This document shows, one piece after another, positions 1 through 12,969 of a stretch of DNA of 64,000 nt. The translations under genes and the position numbers were made by a program. The stretch is from the human T2T-CHM13v2.0 reference genome, Homo sapiens. Location: assembly GCF_009914755.1 (NCBI RefSeq), contig NC_060938.1, one strand, 5' to 3'. The notes under the pieces are model-generated. The model did not search any database. It was not told where the DNA came from and saw nothing but the letters and a program-made list of their open reading frames with translations. Numbering within the stretch: position 1 is the stretch's first letter; the number at the start of each line of letters is the position of its first letter.

Positions 1-1330
1 GGAGCTGTATAGAAACTTCGTTCTATTATTCCTGGGAAATGTATTAAGGTGATCGTTCCTTTTTTGACTCAGTTTGCTCTAGAAAGGAGAAATAAGATTC
101 ATTTTTACAAACTTAGGAATAGTTGGCAACAATAACTTTGTAAATTATGACAGTATTTGCTTTATTTTCATCCTGAGGATATTAAGAGCTAACTAGAATT
201 AGGCCAGAGGTTTACGTTATAAGTAATGGTGTATGTTGGTAAATGTTTGACAACTTTTTTTTTAAAAAGCAGCCTTATTTGTAGCATTTGCTGAGTTCTG
301 TAGTATGAATACTTCCACCATGGCCAGTTTCAAGCTACCAACATGATGTCACTGAATGAGGAGTCTTGGAAGATAATGCTTAAAGTAGGCTTTCCTGAGC
401 CAAGTGTGATTTGGTTAATTTTAAGGAAGGAAAGTATGGTAATTTGTAATTTAGCTAAACTAAGACAGATTAGGGTAAGTGATGGGAGTGCCTTACTACT
501 GTTTAGATGTGGACGTGTTGTAAAAAGCACAGAAGTGACAAAGGATAGCAGAGGACACCTGCGTCTGCAGATACTAAAACAGAAAACAGTAGACCTTGTA
601 CCTTTGATAAGCGTCTAGTACAGTGTGGCAGTTCTCAATCACTGCTCTCCGTAATCATCAGAAACTCTATGTGTTATGATTCAGAATTTTCTAGTAGAGT
701 CCAAAGGAAGTTATAAATTGGATTCCAAATAAGTTTCTTAATGTTTTCTTCATTTGTTGCCTATTACTATCTTCAAGAACTTGTTGAAATTATATTTTAT
801 TTGCTAACCCTCTGTCTTAACTACCCTTCCATTAGTAATTTATGTTTGATAAAAAAATTTTAGAAGGCATTTGACATGCTAACAGAAGAGCAAAAAGTAG
901 GTAGCAAAGACATTTACTCAAGCTTGGTAATACTGAGGATAAAATATTACACATCAATTTATTTTCAAGGTAATGAATTATTATAGGAGTAAAATTAGCT
1001 GAATTTTTAGCTGCATTCAACATTTTGGAAATTTTTCTTCAATTTCAATAATTTTTTAGCATAGTATTTTCAGTAATAGTAATCATAATTGAATTCAAAC
1101 TATAATGTGATGCAATTTAAAAAAATATGATAGCTGAATCTGTAGATAAAATCAAACCAGTAGAGTAATTTTCATTCGGGTCAGGGAATTCCTAGAATGA
1201 AATATTCAAATTTGGGGTAATATGTATAAACAAGTTTTTAAATCACTGTAATGTAGTATGTATTTTTTTTGCTTTTATTTTGGCCTGCATTAAAATCTTT
1301 GAATCTTTTGGTTTATTTTTCTTTAACAAG

Positions 1331-1357
1331 TTTGTTGAAGGATCACAAATATCAGAG
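1331..1357 (+). CDS. MIA2: Probable alternative in-frame microexon of MIA2/CTAGE5 (FVEGSQISE)
   Basis: U-rich tract then taacaag| acceptor; 27 nt open in phase 0; donor GAG|gtatgt; the next exon (1922) also starts in phase 0. Confidence 0.7.
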
Positions 1358-1567
1358 GTATGTTTATTATAGTATTTAAAATCCATTTGGAATAATCCAA
1401 TAACTAATCATTTTAAATTAAAAAGGTCATAGAAAATAGGTCTTAATTCAATATGGAATATTATCATGAAGCAGCCTTGATTTTTTTTTAGTTGATTTTT
1501 TATGTCATGCCTTTAATTGTATTAAATTGGCTTTATTTCTCATTTTTTTCTTTATAGTGCTTTTAAG

Positions 1568-1770
1568 CAGAGGTTGGCAAACTGTGCCTAATGGGCTCTC
1601 CACTTTTTTTTGTAAAAAATTGTTTTGGAACACAGCCATGCTCATTTATGTAGGTATTGCTTTTGTTTCTCACTGCAGTGGCGTAGTTGAGTAATTGCAA
1701 CAAAGACTGCATGGCCTACGAGCCTAAAATATTTATTCTCTGGCTCTTTACAGAACTTTGCTGACCACTG
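1568..1770. mobile_element. hAT-Charlie MITE, MER58A-like
   Basis: Terminal inverted ends cagaggttggcaaac / tttgctgaccactg; internal ggaacacagccatgctcatt. Confidence 0.7.
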
Positions 1771-1921
1771 CTACAATTGCTGTTATTTTGATACTATAAA
1801 AATGAGCAAATGTATCAATGAAAGTTATTTAACTTATAGTACATATTTTTTATTATGCTCGTCTGATTTCCCTAATGAAAAATTCTTATATCTGTTTAAT
1901 AAAGTTGGCTTTCTCTCTTAG

Positions 1922-2032
1922 GCAACCTGTGAAAAGCTGAACAGGTCCAATTCTGAACTTGAGGATGAAATACTCTGTCTAGAAAAAGAGTTAAAAGAAG
2001 AGAAATCCAAACATTCTGAACAAGATGAATTG
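1922..2032 (+). CDS. MIA2: MIA2/CTAGE5 coding exon, 111 nt ([37 protein letters not shown])
   Basis: ttctctcttag| and |gtaagg; translation matches the recalled cTAGE5 coiled-coil sequence. Confidence 0.97.
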
Positions 2033-2650
2033 GTAAGGCTTTTTTATTTGAGGAGAATATAAGAAAAAGAAAGTTACTGAGCTTTAAAAAATTAATATGA
2101 TACTGGTTAAAGTATTACATTATTGTAAAAAATGTAAAGAATACAGGTGGTTGTAGAGAGCAAAATTTTCTAGATCCATTCTTTTCACTTCCCCCAGATG
2201 TTACTGTGTTAAATTTCTTGCATATTTTTATAGAAATTTTCTATATGCACTATGGAAGTAGCTCATGTAAATAAAAACTGAATAATCATGTCCATAGTGT
2301 ATATTTGTAATTACTTAACATGTATATTAACATTAAAACTTTTTCTTTTGAAAAAACCTGTCTTAATGAAAATCTTGATGTATGTGAGATTATTTAGTAA
2401 AACATGTTAGTGGACTTATCTTGAGCCTATATAACTTAAATGTTATGAAATACTAAAGTTATGAGATACTATTGTTACGTAATGTTCATATAAAATCCCT
2501 TTTAGCATATGGCTAAATAAACTGAGAAGGTTTCTTAATTTGAGCTTCACTTATGGAGCTAAAGTGTTAGGTTAACAGTATATCTAATAAACATGGCATT
2601 TTGGAAACTAGAGTTTAGTAAATATTAATTGCCTGATACTGTGTTTCTAG

Positions 2651-2722
2651 ATGGCGGATATTTCAAAAAGGATACAGTCTCTAGAAGATGAGTCAAAATC
2701 CCTCAAATCACAAGTAGCTGAA
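2651..2722 (+). CDS. MIA2: MIA2/CTAGE5 coding exon, 72 nt (MADISKRIQSLEDESKSLKSQVAE)
   Basis: tttctag| and |gtaagt; phase 0-0. Confidence 0.97.
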
Positions 2723-2880
2723 GTAAGTTGAATTAGTCTAGTAGGTCTGTTGCTTTTGGAAATAATTTTAGTTTAATTTTTTAAAATTAAGAAATAAGAC
2801 ACAATAGTAGGATTTGAGATATAGGGGATCCCAGATATGTATTTTTTTTTTTTTAACAATACCTAAATGAATTAGCATGG

Positions 2881-3147
2881 CTGTGTTGCCCAGGCTGGAG
2901 TATAGCAGCACGATCTTGGCTCACTGCAACCTCCACCTCCTGGGTTCAAGCAGTTCTCCTGCCTTAGCCTCCTGAATAGCTGGGATTACAGGCATGTGCC
3001 ACCACACCCGGCTAAGTTTTGTATTTTTAGTAGAGGCAGGGTTTCACCATGATGGCCAGGCTGGTCTTGAACTCCTGAGCTCAAGTGATCGGCCCACCTC
3101 GGCCTCCCAAAGTGCTGGGATTACAGGCATGAGCCACCACACCCAGC
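2881..3147 (-). mobile_element. Alu (AluS-like)
   Basis: Antisense Alu consensus, gcccaggctggag...cccaaagtgctgggattacagg. Confidence 0.9.
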
Positions 3148-3575
3148 TTGTATTTTTTTTTTTTTTACGTGAAGTGCTTCAGAAAAGTTCATCTTTTCAG
3201 TGGACAAGTGTTTATTGAGCTATTACTATATATTGAGGACTGGTTGCTTGACACTTAACATTAATAGACAAAAAAGTCCCCAGGAAGTTTAAATTTTAGT
3301 AGGGGAGGCAGAATAAATAGTTATCAAAATTTGCTGCACAGTACATAGAAAGTTACAAGAGGTTTGTCCAAGGTCACATCGTAGCAAGTTAGTGGGAAAG
3401 GCAGGACTAGACCTGGATTCTAGACAAGCCTTTTTTCTGCTACACCATGCTGCGTCTGCTGTTAATATTGGCATGGTTTTGCCTTTGTTTAATTCTGTGT
3501 TCTAGGGAGTATGTGTAAAGATGAGCTATGTATTAAATTAATTGTTACAAACTTGACATTTTTTGTTTCACTTAG

Positions 3576-3680
3576 GCCAAAATGACCTTCAAGATATTTC
3601 AAATGAATGAAGAACGACTGAAGATAGCAATAAAAGATGCTTTGAATGAAAATTCTCAACTTCAGGAAAGCCAGAAACAG
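3576..3680 (+). CDS. MIA2: MIA2/CTAGE5 coding exon, 105 nt ([35 protein letters not shown])
   Basis: cacttag| and |gtttgt; phase 0-0. Confidence 0.97.
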
Positions 3681-4150
3681 GTTTGTGCTCCGTAGGGACT
3701 CTTCAACTTGTGAATATGTAATTATAGATGTTCTTGTCATCCTCATGACTGACCCATGCTAGGGACAAGTATAGGCTTTTCCTTGAGAGCATGAGAGCAG
3801 GACAGTCTCCCATACATATTTCAGTGTCTGTCTCTTTTGTATAGTATACAAAAGTGTATACTTTTGGCACCCTCTACCCCAGGGCAGGGAAAGTAAGCCA
3901 GGGCATTTAGCATTTTGGTAATCATAACCAACTTCTTAAAGCCATGCCGAAGGGGTACAGAGAATATGAGTGAGGATTATTGAAGTTATAGATCTGGGGT
4001 CTAAAGATAGAAACAATTCTGGTGGCAGATCACATAAGGATGTGACATTTGCCCTCTTTCTCCCCCACATACATAGATACTCCCACGTATATTTCTTCTT
4101 CTCCTTTGCCAATGTAATTGTAACTTTTCAGTGGGAAAATTTTTCAGTGA

Positions 4151-4508
<358 letters not shown>

Positions 4509-5155
4509 TCATGGTTTGTTATTACATATTCTGTCTTATTCAATATTTTCCTTAGGGTTAATAATTGTTTTGTTTCTTGTATACTTATCCGGTTCATCTG
4601 TATGCTGTCTTCTAGAGATACAGATATCTTATTCATGCCTTCAAATGCTTTGTTTAATCTGTTAATTGCATTTTTTTTTTCTTGAAGCAGTTTTTTCTTT
4701 GGCCTCCCTTGGTTTCATAAGAACTTATTCTGTAGGTGTGTGTTCTGTTCTGTGTCCTAAGATTTCACTTCACCCCCATCCTAAAGGTTCCTCTTGTCTT
4801 TCTCCTGTGTTAGATCTTTTATTTCCCATATCTGAGCCCTTTTGCGGTTAATTCTTTTGGTTAATTTTCTGAGGAAGAGGTATAGGAGATAATTTTTTTA
4901 GAACTTACATGCCTGGAAATGTCTTGTTTCTCATACTTGTTGATATTTTGGTTGAATATATTCTGGGTTGGCATTTTTTTTTTCCTCAAAATTTTGACAC
5001 TGTCACTCCATTGTCTTGACTTTCCAATATTGCTTTTAAGAAGTCAGAAGCTATTCAGATAATTGGTCATTTTTGGAAATCTGCTTTTTTCCTCCTGGAA
5101 GCTTTTAATATCTTTTTATTGTTTCCCCTTCTCTGAAATTACAGATCATTACACA

Positions 5156-5231
5156 TCTCTTGACCTCGTGATCCACCCGCCTCGGCCTCCCAAAGTGCTA
5201 GGATTACAGGTGTGAGCCACCGCGCCTGGCC
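5156..5231 (-). mobile_element. Alu 5' fragment
   Basis: tctcttgacctcgtgatcc...gagccaccgcgcctggcc. Confidence 0.85.
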
Positions 5232-5261
5232 ACGGGCGGGGTTTTCTTTTCTTTTCTTTTT

Positions 5262-5413
5262 TTTTTTTTAATTTTTATTTTTATTATTTTTTTTTTATTA
5301 TACTCTAAGTTTTAGGGTACATGTGCACATTGTGCAGGTTAGTTACATATGTATACATGTGCCATGCTGGTGCGCTGCACCCACTAATGTGTCATCTAGC
5401 ATTAGGTATATCT
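5262..5413 (-). mobile_element. L1HS-Ta, severely 5'-truncated (3'UTR end plus poly(A))
   Basis: Minus strand reads gctagatgacACAttagtggg and cttaGagtataat, the two Ta diagnostics. Direct repeat tcttttcttttt at 5250-5261 and 5411-5422. Confidence 0.88.
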
Positions 5414-5422
5414 TTTCTTTTT

Positions 5423-5725
5423 GTTGTTTTTTTTTTGTTTTTGAGATGGAGTCTTGCCTTGTTGATCAGGCTGGAGTTCAATGGCCTGATCTTGGCTCAC
5501 TGCAACCTCCACCTCCCGCGTTCAAGTGATTCTCGTGCCTCAGCCTCCCGAGTAGCTGGGATTATAGGTGTCTGCCACCACGCCCGGCTAATTTTTTGTA
5601 TTTTTAATAGAGACGGAGTTTCACCATGTTGGCCAGGCTGGTCTTGAACTCCTGACCTGAGGTGATCCACTCACCTCGGCCTCCCAAAGTGCTGAGATTA
5701 CAAGCGCGAGCCACCACGCCCGGCT
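5423..5725 (-). mobile_element. Alu (AluS-like)
   Basis: Full antisense Alu; its tail hosts the L1HS insertion. Confidence 0.9.
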
Positions 5726-5753
5726 ATTGGTGGGCTTTTCTATAGGATATATA

Positions 5754-6040
5754 TTTTTTTTGTGACAGAGTCTCACTTTGTCACCCAGTCTGGAGTTCAT
5801 GGCGCTATCTCAGCTCACTATAACCTCTGCTGCCCGGGTTCAAGTGATTCTCCTGCCTCAGCCTCCCGAGTAGCTGGGATTGCAGGCATGTACCACCATC
5901 TGACTAATTTTTATGTTTTTAGTAGAGATGGGGTTTCATCATGTTGGCCAGGTTGGTCTTGAACTCTTGACCTCAAGTGATCTGCTTGCCTCGGCCTCCC
6001 AAAGTGCTGGGATTACACGCATGAGCCACCACGCCTGGCC
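5754..6040 (-). mobile_element. Alu (AluS-like)
   Basis: Full antisense Alu. Confidence 0.9.
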
Positions 6041-6312
6041 AGGTTAGGGTATTTCTAATTGGAGGATTCTCAGTTGTTGGTATCTGAAGAGCATTTCCAC
6101 AGGGATGAGTCCTCCACATTTCCCATTTGGGAGGTGTAAGCCTGTTTGCCAACAGTCTTGCAACTTAGGTAAAGAATGCTGGTGTCTGACTGTTCAGTAG
6201 TCAGTTTCCTCTTAATACTTTTATGTTTTCAGTATGTTACTTCCACCTTCACCTGGATAGATGTCCCAGAGTCTCAGGTTCCACCTCTCCAAAGAATGAC
6301 CCTGTAGGGTTT

Positions 6313-6315
<3 letters not shown>

Positions 6316-6352
<37 letters not shown>

Positions 6353-6360
6353 TGTGTGTG
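6316..6360. repeat. (TG)n microsatellite
   Basis: Direct inspection. Confidence 0.95.
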
Positions 6361-7059
6361 AAAGAGACAGAGATAGAGAATGAATGAGAGAGAATGAGAA
6401 TAAGAATGTGTATATATTTATGTCATGGGAGGCTTTCCAACTGCTTTTTATACAGACTTTTGGCCAGTCCTCCTTTTTTCCAGTCCTGCTTATACCCCTG
6501 GTATTTGTGCCTTCAAATCATGAGGCTTTCTAGGGTATATCAAATCAGCCTACTTTTGGGTGTTCCTACCTTCAGGCTTAGATTTAAGTTCTCTCTAGTT
6601 GGTTGAGTCTTTTTATCACACTTCCATTTCTTTCCATTTTCTACTTCTACAATTATTTTTTGTCTCATCTCCTATTTTCTTTTTTCCTTGTGGGTTTATG
6701 CCTTTGAAAAAAAAATCTGTTTTCTGCCATTTTAATAGATTTGAGTAGAAAGTGGTGGTAAACCCTGTGTTAAATTTGCCATGTTATGATCAAAAGTGGC
6801 CTTTTCCACCTTGGAAAATATTTCACCTAGATCAGTCTTACTCTTTACAACTGTTTTCATCTAACTCCCTTGTAATAATCCAAATTCTTGAAACAAACTG
6901 TATTCACTGATGCCATGTTCTAATGCACTCCTTCTCTAATGTTTTAATACTGTATACTGTGTACTTAAGTCTCTTTACTAACTCATGAGAGATGACCTAA
7001 TCACCAAATGTGAATTTTTTCTTGGATTCTCATTTGTTTTTACCTGTATCATCTGATTC

Positions 7060-7064
<5 letters not shown>

Positions 7065-7111
<47 letters not shown>
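7065..7111. repeat. (TA)n microsatellite
   Basis: Direct inspection; about 23 perfect units. Confidence 0.95.
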
Positions 7112-7114
<3 letters not shown>

Positions 7115-7208
7115 AAAGGATTAGTTTTTCATGTGTTCGGAAATACGCTAATGAAGCCTTAGTTTTGCGGAGAAATCCAATAATTACTGTTTGGTAGAAC
7201 AGAGTTTT

Positions 7209-7303
7209 TTTGTTTTTTTTTTTTTGTTTTTTTTTTTTGTGAGCAACATGGCTGTTTATTTCACCTGGGTGCGCAGGCGGGCTGAGTCCGAAAAGAGTCA
7301 GCC
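7209..7303 (-). mobile_element. Polyadenylated HERV-H LTR7 R-region retrocopy with TSD
   Basis: Minus strand: gGCTGACTCTTTTCGGACTCAGCCCGCCTGCGCACCCAGGTGAAATAAACAGCCATGTTGCTCAC then poly(A). TSD agaacagagtttt at 7196-7208 and 7304-7316. Confidence 0.85.
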
Positions 7304-7486
7304 AGAACAGAGTTTTAAAGACTAAATAAATTTAGACTTTTTCATATATATGAGCCATTTCTTTTGTGAATTGCCTGCTCAGTCTTCTTTTTTCTTTGCC
7401 TATTTTTTCTTATTGACATCTAAGAGCTCTTTGCTTGCTAAGGTTATTAACCTTTTGCTACAAATATTATGAGAATTCCTTTCTTG

Positions 7487-7751
7487 GTGGGGTGCAGTGG
7501 GTAACACCTGTAATCTCAGTGATTTGGAAGGTCCAGGTGGGAGGATCACTTGAGGCCAGGAGTTCAAGATCAGTCTGGGCGACATAGTAAGACCTTGACT
7601 CTACAAAAAATAAAAATAAAAAAATTAGCAGAGTATGTGACATGTGCTTGTAGTCTAGTTGCTTGGGAGGGTGAGGTGAGAGAATATCTTGAGCCCAGTA
7701 GTTTGAGATTGTGGTCCAGCTTGGATGACAGAATGAGACCCTCCCTGCCTC

Positions 7752-7780
<29 letters not shown>
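7487..7780 (+). mobile_element. Alu (AluJ-like)
   Basis: Diverged sense Alu with poly(A); flanking repeat aattcctttct. Confidence 0.85.
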
Positions 7781-7782
<2 letters not shown>

Positions 7783-7973
7783 ATAATTCCTTTCTAGTTA
7801 TTTATCTTTAAATGTCATTTGTGTTATATTTGATTTGTGAAGCTTTTAAGCTTTATGTAGTCAAGTCTACCTTTTATAATGATCTTTACTTTTTGTCATG
7901 TTCAGAAAGGCTTTCCTTTCCTGTAAAAGTATATATAGTAGAATACTGTTGTGGAGAATCTGATCTGTTCTAG

Positions 7974-8207
<234 letters not shown>

Positions 8208-8549
8208 GTGGTATTTCTAAAGGTTAGTTATTTTAAGTACAAAATTGCACAATGATTTAAAAAATAAATTTTAATGCAAGTAAGGTATGATATTTTATAT
8301 GGGATATAAGGAATGGTAAGAAATGATCAAATCTAAGATATGTATATCTCAGGAAACCTTTATTTGATATAAATATATGATATAAACTAGTTGAAGAATG
8401 TGTGTGTTATTTTACACTACCCCATTTTGAAAGTTCTTTGAAAATAGGAGCCATGTTTTTCTTTTTTAAGTAGCTACATAATGCCTTCTTGGTATCTTTT
8501 AATGATTCACTTGTGTGATGAGTTGCATTTTTAAAATTTTCATTTTCAG

Positions 8550-8672
8550 CTTTTGCAAGAAGCTGAAGTATGGAAAGAACAAGTGAGTGAACTTAATAAA
8601 CAGAAAGTAACATTTGAAGACTCCAAAGTACATGCAGAACAAGTTCTAAATGATAAAGAAAGTCACATCAAG
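8550..8672 (+). CDS. MIA2: MIA2/CTAGE5 coding exon, 123 nt ([11 protein letters not shown]...NDKESHIK)
   Basis: ttttcag| and |gtaaat; phase 0-0. Confidence 0.97.
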
Positions 8673-9273
8673 GTAAATGGCTCTACTGGTTTTAGTGATC
8701 AAGTTGGCTAGAATTTTACACTAACTCTGAAATTTGAAAGCTAGTTTTTAGCAACTTTTATTTTCACAACATATTTTCATAACATATTTGGCCAGATTTT
8801 CAAATGTTTCTTGAAGACTTACAGATTTGTCATATGTACATACACATACACACACACATACTTATATGAATATTCTGTGTGTCCTTTTTTCTTCTCTGTA
8901 TTTTAGCCTAGGTATTTAATAAAGAAATAAAAATAATGGTTTCTACCATTTCTCTTCAGGATGCTATCTGCTCCTGTTAGGAGGTTGGAAGAGTTTGAGA
9001 AATTGGATGTATAGTTATATATATTAATTGAATATCTTTAATGTAACTGGTGTATGTACTTTGATGGAGAGGAATACTTTTAAAAAATAAATTTAATTGA
9101 AACTTGACTCCAGTCATAAGAATAAAAGGATTTTTTGATTTTTTAGATTTTTAAGATTTTTAAAAATCTTAATGCTGATAAATACAGATACTCAAGTGTA
9201 TCAAATAATGATATGTAAAACTAACGTTCTATAATTTACACAGTGATGTGGATGTTGTCATATTGAAAGTGAT

Positions 9274-10042
<769 letters not shown>

Positions 10043-10806
10043 GTGGCATATTGTTTTATTTATTTTTTCTAAACTTCCTCTACTAAAGGCTTTGGGATTC
10101 TTTTAAAGATAACAAGAATGAGATGCTAACCTCAAGCTCTGCTCAAAGGTATAGGCCATGTTATTTGTGCCTGGAACTCTGAAGAGAGGGAGGAGATCGA
10201 AGAGTGAAAATTGTAGATCAGTGCATTATTTTTAGGTGGGTCCCTCCAGAGGAATACATGACACGTCATTTGATTATCTGTAGTGTTAGAAAATATTTCT
10301 TTAATCAACAAAATTCAAAAAGTACTTTTGGAAAACCTCTAATGTTCCATTCAAATTCTCTTTTATAAATGTCTTTATCTCAGCTAATTGTTTCCTTGAA
10401 TAAATCAACTAAAAATCTACGATCTTTTTATACATTATGTATCTCACTGCAGATGTGTTTGGTGTCACACAGAATTTACTCTCATGTTAATTAGGGCACT
10501 GTTATTTGTGGCATGTGAGAAATGTCATATAAAAAATATTTTACTACTTTTTAGTTGCATAATATTAATATGTACTATATTTGATTTGGGAATAACTAGT
10601 TTTGGCTTTTACTTGCAGAGTTTAATAGTCAATAAATGTTACCATTTCTCAAGACTACAATATCTTAATAAGAGGTGGAAAATAAGAGCTCTTGTGTTGT
10701 TATTTATGTGGACTGATTTTTAAACTATAACTGTACATTCACAAGTTGTAAAGCTGTTAGCATAAGGCATTACCCTCTCTATTTTTCCCCTTTGTTCAAT
10801 GTCAAG

Positions 10807-10927
10807 ACTCTGACTGAACGCTTGTTAAAGATGAAAGATTGGGCTGCTATGCTTGGAGAAGACATAACGGATGATGATAACTTGGAATTAGAAATGAACA
10901 GTGAATCGGAAAATGGTGCTTACTTAG
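10807..10927 (+). CDS. MIA2: MIA2/CTAGE5 coding exon, 121 nt ([19 protein letters not shown]...ENGAYL)
   Basis: gtcaag| and |gtatta; phase 0-1. Confidence 0.96.
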
Positions 10928-12155
10928 GTATTAAGTCATGACTCATCTCCTTTTGCTAAAATGGTGACTAGCTCTTCTATTTCCTTTTCGTTCCCTGTGT
11001 GCACCATGTTCTTTATATGCTTTTACTTTGGCACATTCTGTCTGTCTGTGACACACTGTCCTTTCTCACCATCCCTTATAGTTTTTAGCTTCAGCTGGAG
11101 CACTGCCTTTTCAGTAAGTCTTTCTCCAGCTGCTCAGACACACTTACAGCCTCCTCCCTTTTTTTTGTGTATTATACATATCTTTATTATAGCCATTTTC
11201 AAAATTACATCATAATCATTTCAATGCCTGTTTTTCCCTGTACTGTAAGCTAATCAAATGGATGAATGACTAGTTTGAAGAACAAGTGTTCTATAAATAC
11301 TTCAGGATACTTCTTTTGCTTTTGTCAGAGGTTCAGATGGTTACAGTACTTTTAATGTTAGCCATTCAAATTATTATTGCCATTGATGGTTGTGCTCTGA
11401 AGTTGGCAAAAGTGGCCAAATGTAGTTTCACTATAGCCCCTTAATGTATTCTCACACCAATTCCTTTGACCTAAAAAAAACCTTTTTATTTTGAAATATG
11501 GCATCATAGGAAGTTCTAAAACTAGTACAGAGGTCCCATGTACCCCTCTCTCATTTTACCCCAGTGGCAGTTCTTCAGACTTTTATGTCATTTTTCTGTT
11601 CTCTTCCCTAGCCCCTGCATAATTAACAAATTTATTATGGAGGAAAAAGTGTGATTAAAAATTTTTTTCGTGACAACATTAATATGTTGGAAAAAATTAC
11701 ATCCCTAAAATAAGTATATAAAGTTCTGTTTGTACTTTTTCATTTCTACTTTATTATATATAAAATAATCCTTTCTCTATTTGAGAAAACTCATGCTTGT
11801 TTAATGTTATTTTAACTTGGGTTATAATTTTACTCATATTTTGGATGCTGTAAGAATCCAAGAATAGTTAATGATTGTGGTCTATATTTAGATGAATATA
11901 GAATCCTTGTTATAACTCTGTTCTTGGAGTTAGAGCTGAAGAACCTTGTTAAATGGTATGACACTTCAGTGCTTTTATTGTTTAGCTTCCTGGGAGCAGG
12001 TCCAAGGCCATTCTGCTTTATACCAAATTCTTTATTGTAGCAAGAAGAGGGATTATAAGTTTCTGGTTTAGTGAACTGATAAAATCATTTTGATGTCTAT
12101 TGTCGTATTGTACTATTTTCCCAAATCATTGTTGTGCTTTTGATTTTCACTGTAG

Positions 12156-12202
12156 ATAATCCTCCAAAAGGAGCTTTGAAGAAACTGATTCATGCTGCTA
12201 AG
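12156..12202 (+). CDS. MIA2: MIA2/CTAGE5 coding exon, 47 nt (DNPPKGALKKLIHAAK)
   Basis: ctgtag| and |gtttgt; phase 1-0. Confidence 0.96.
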
Positions 12203-12969
12203 GTTTGTGCTATTAGATACTTAAAAAGAATAAGGAGGAAGAAAGAGAACGTGGATTACTCATGTCCCAGTAAATGTTTAAAAAGTCCATTTTATTGTTC
12301 CCATATAAATATATTTACAAATTATCAGAATTTTCATCATCAATTGCTTTTTCCTTTCAATTATTAACTTTAGAAATTTATATAATTTTTGGAATTTATC
12401 AAAATAAAAAATTCCAAGTTCTGTACTCATTTTTCGGATAAGACTATATTTAAAATGTTTCCTGTATTTTATCTTGTAGTTCCCTCAGTGCATTCTTTTT
12501 CTTCTAGTCTCAGTATTTTCTTACCCCTTCTGCCCTATATCCTATTTTAAGTAAATACTAGATGCCTTTTTTTCTGGTTTATTCCTTCTCTTTTCCACCC
12601 TAGTAGTGTGGTATCCTCATTTTTGCTGATCTATGTGAAGTCTTGGTAATGTAGTTTGAAGGCTGCTTTAATAAAAACTTTTGTTGAAAGTAAATAGAAT
12701 GAAAATAGTCACTTTCTTAAGCAGCCAGTGAAAAGCATTCACTACTTTTCCCTGTCCCTTGTTCTGAGACTTACAAGCATTGACGACTTTGCTGGTTTTT
12801 TTAAGACGGAAGCTGCATTATGGTTTCTGTATTCCAGGTGATAATTTCATCAAAACGATAAAATCACTTAAAAAGTGTTAGGGGGGTCATACTGAGGTTT
12901 TATTTTTTATTTTTTATTTTTTTGTATAACTGATTAATGTTACTTTTTTCCTTCTTCCCTTCTTTAAAG

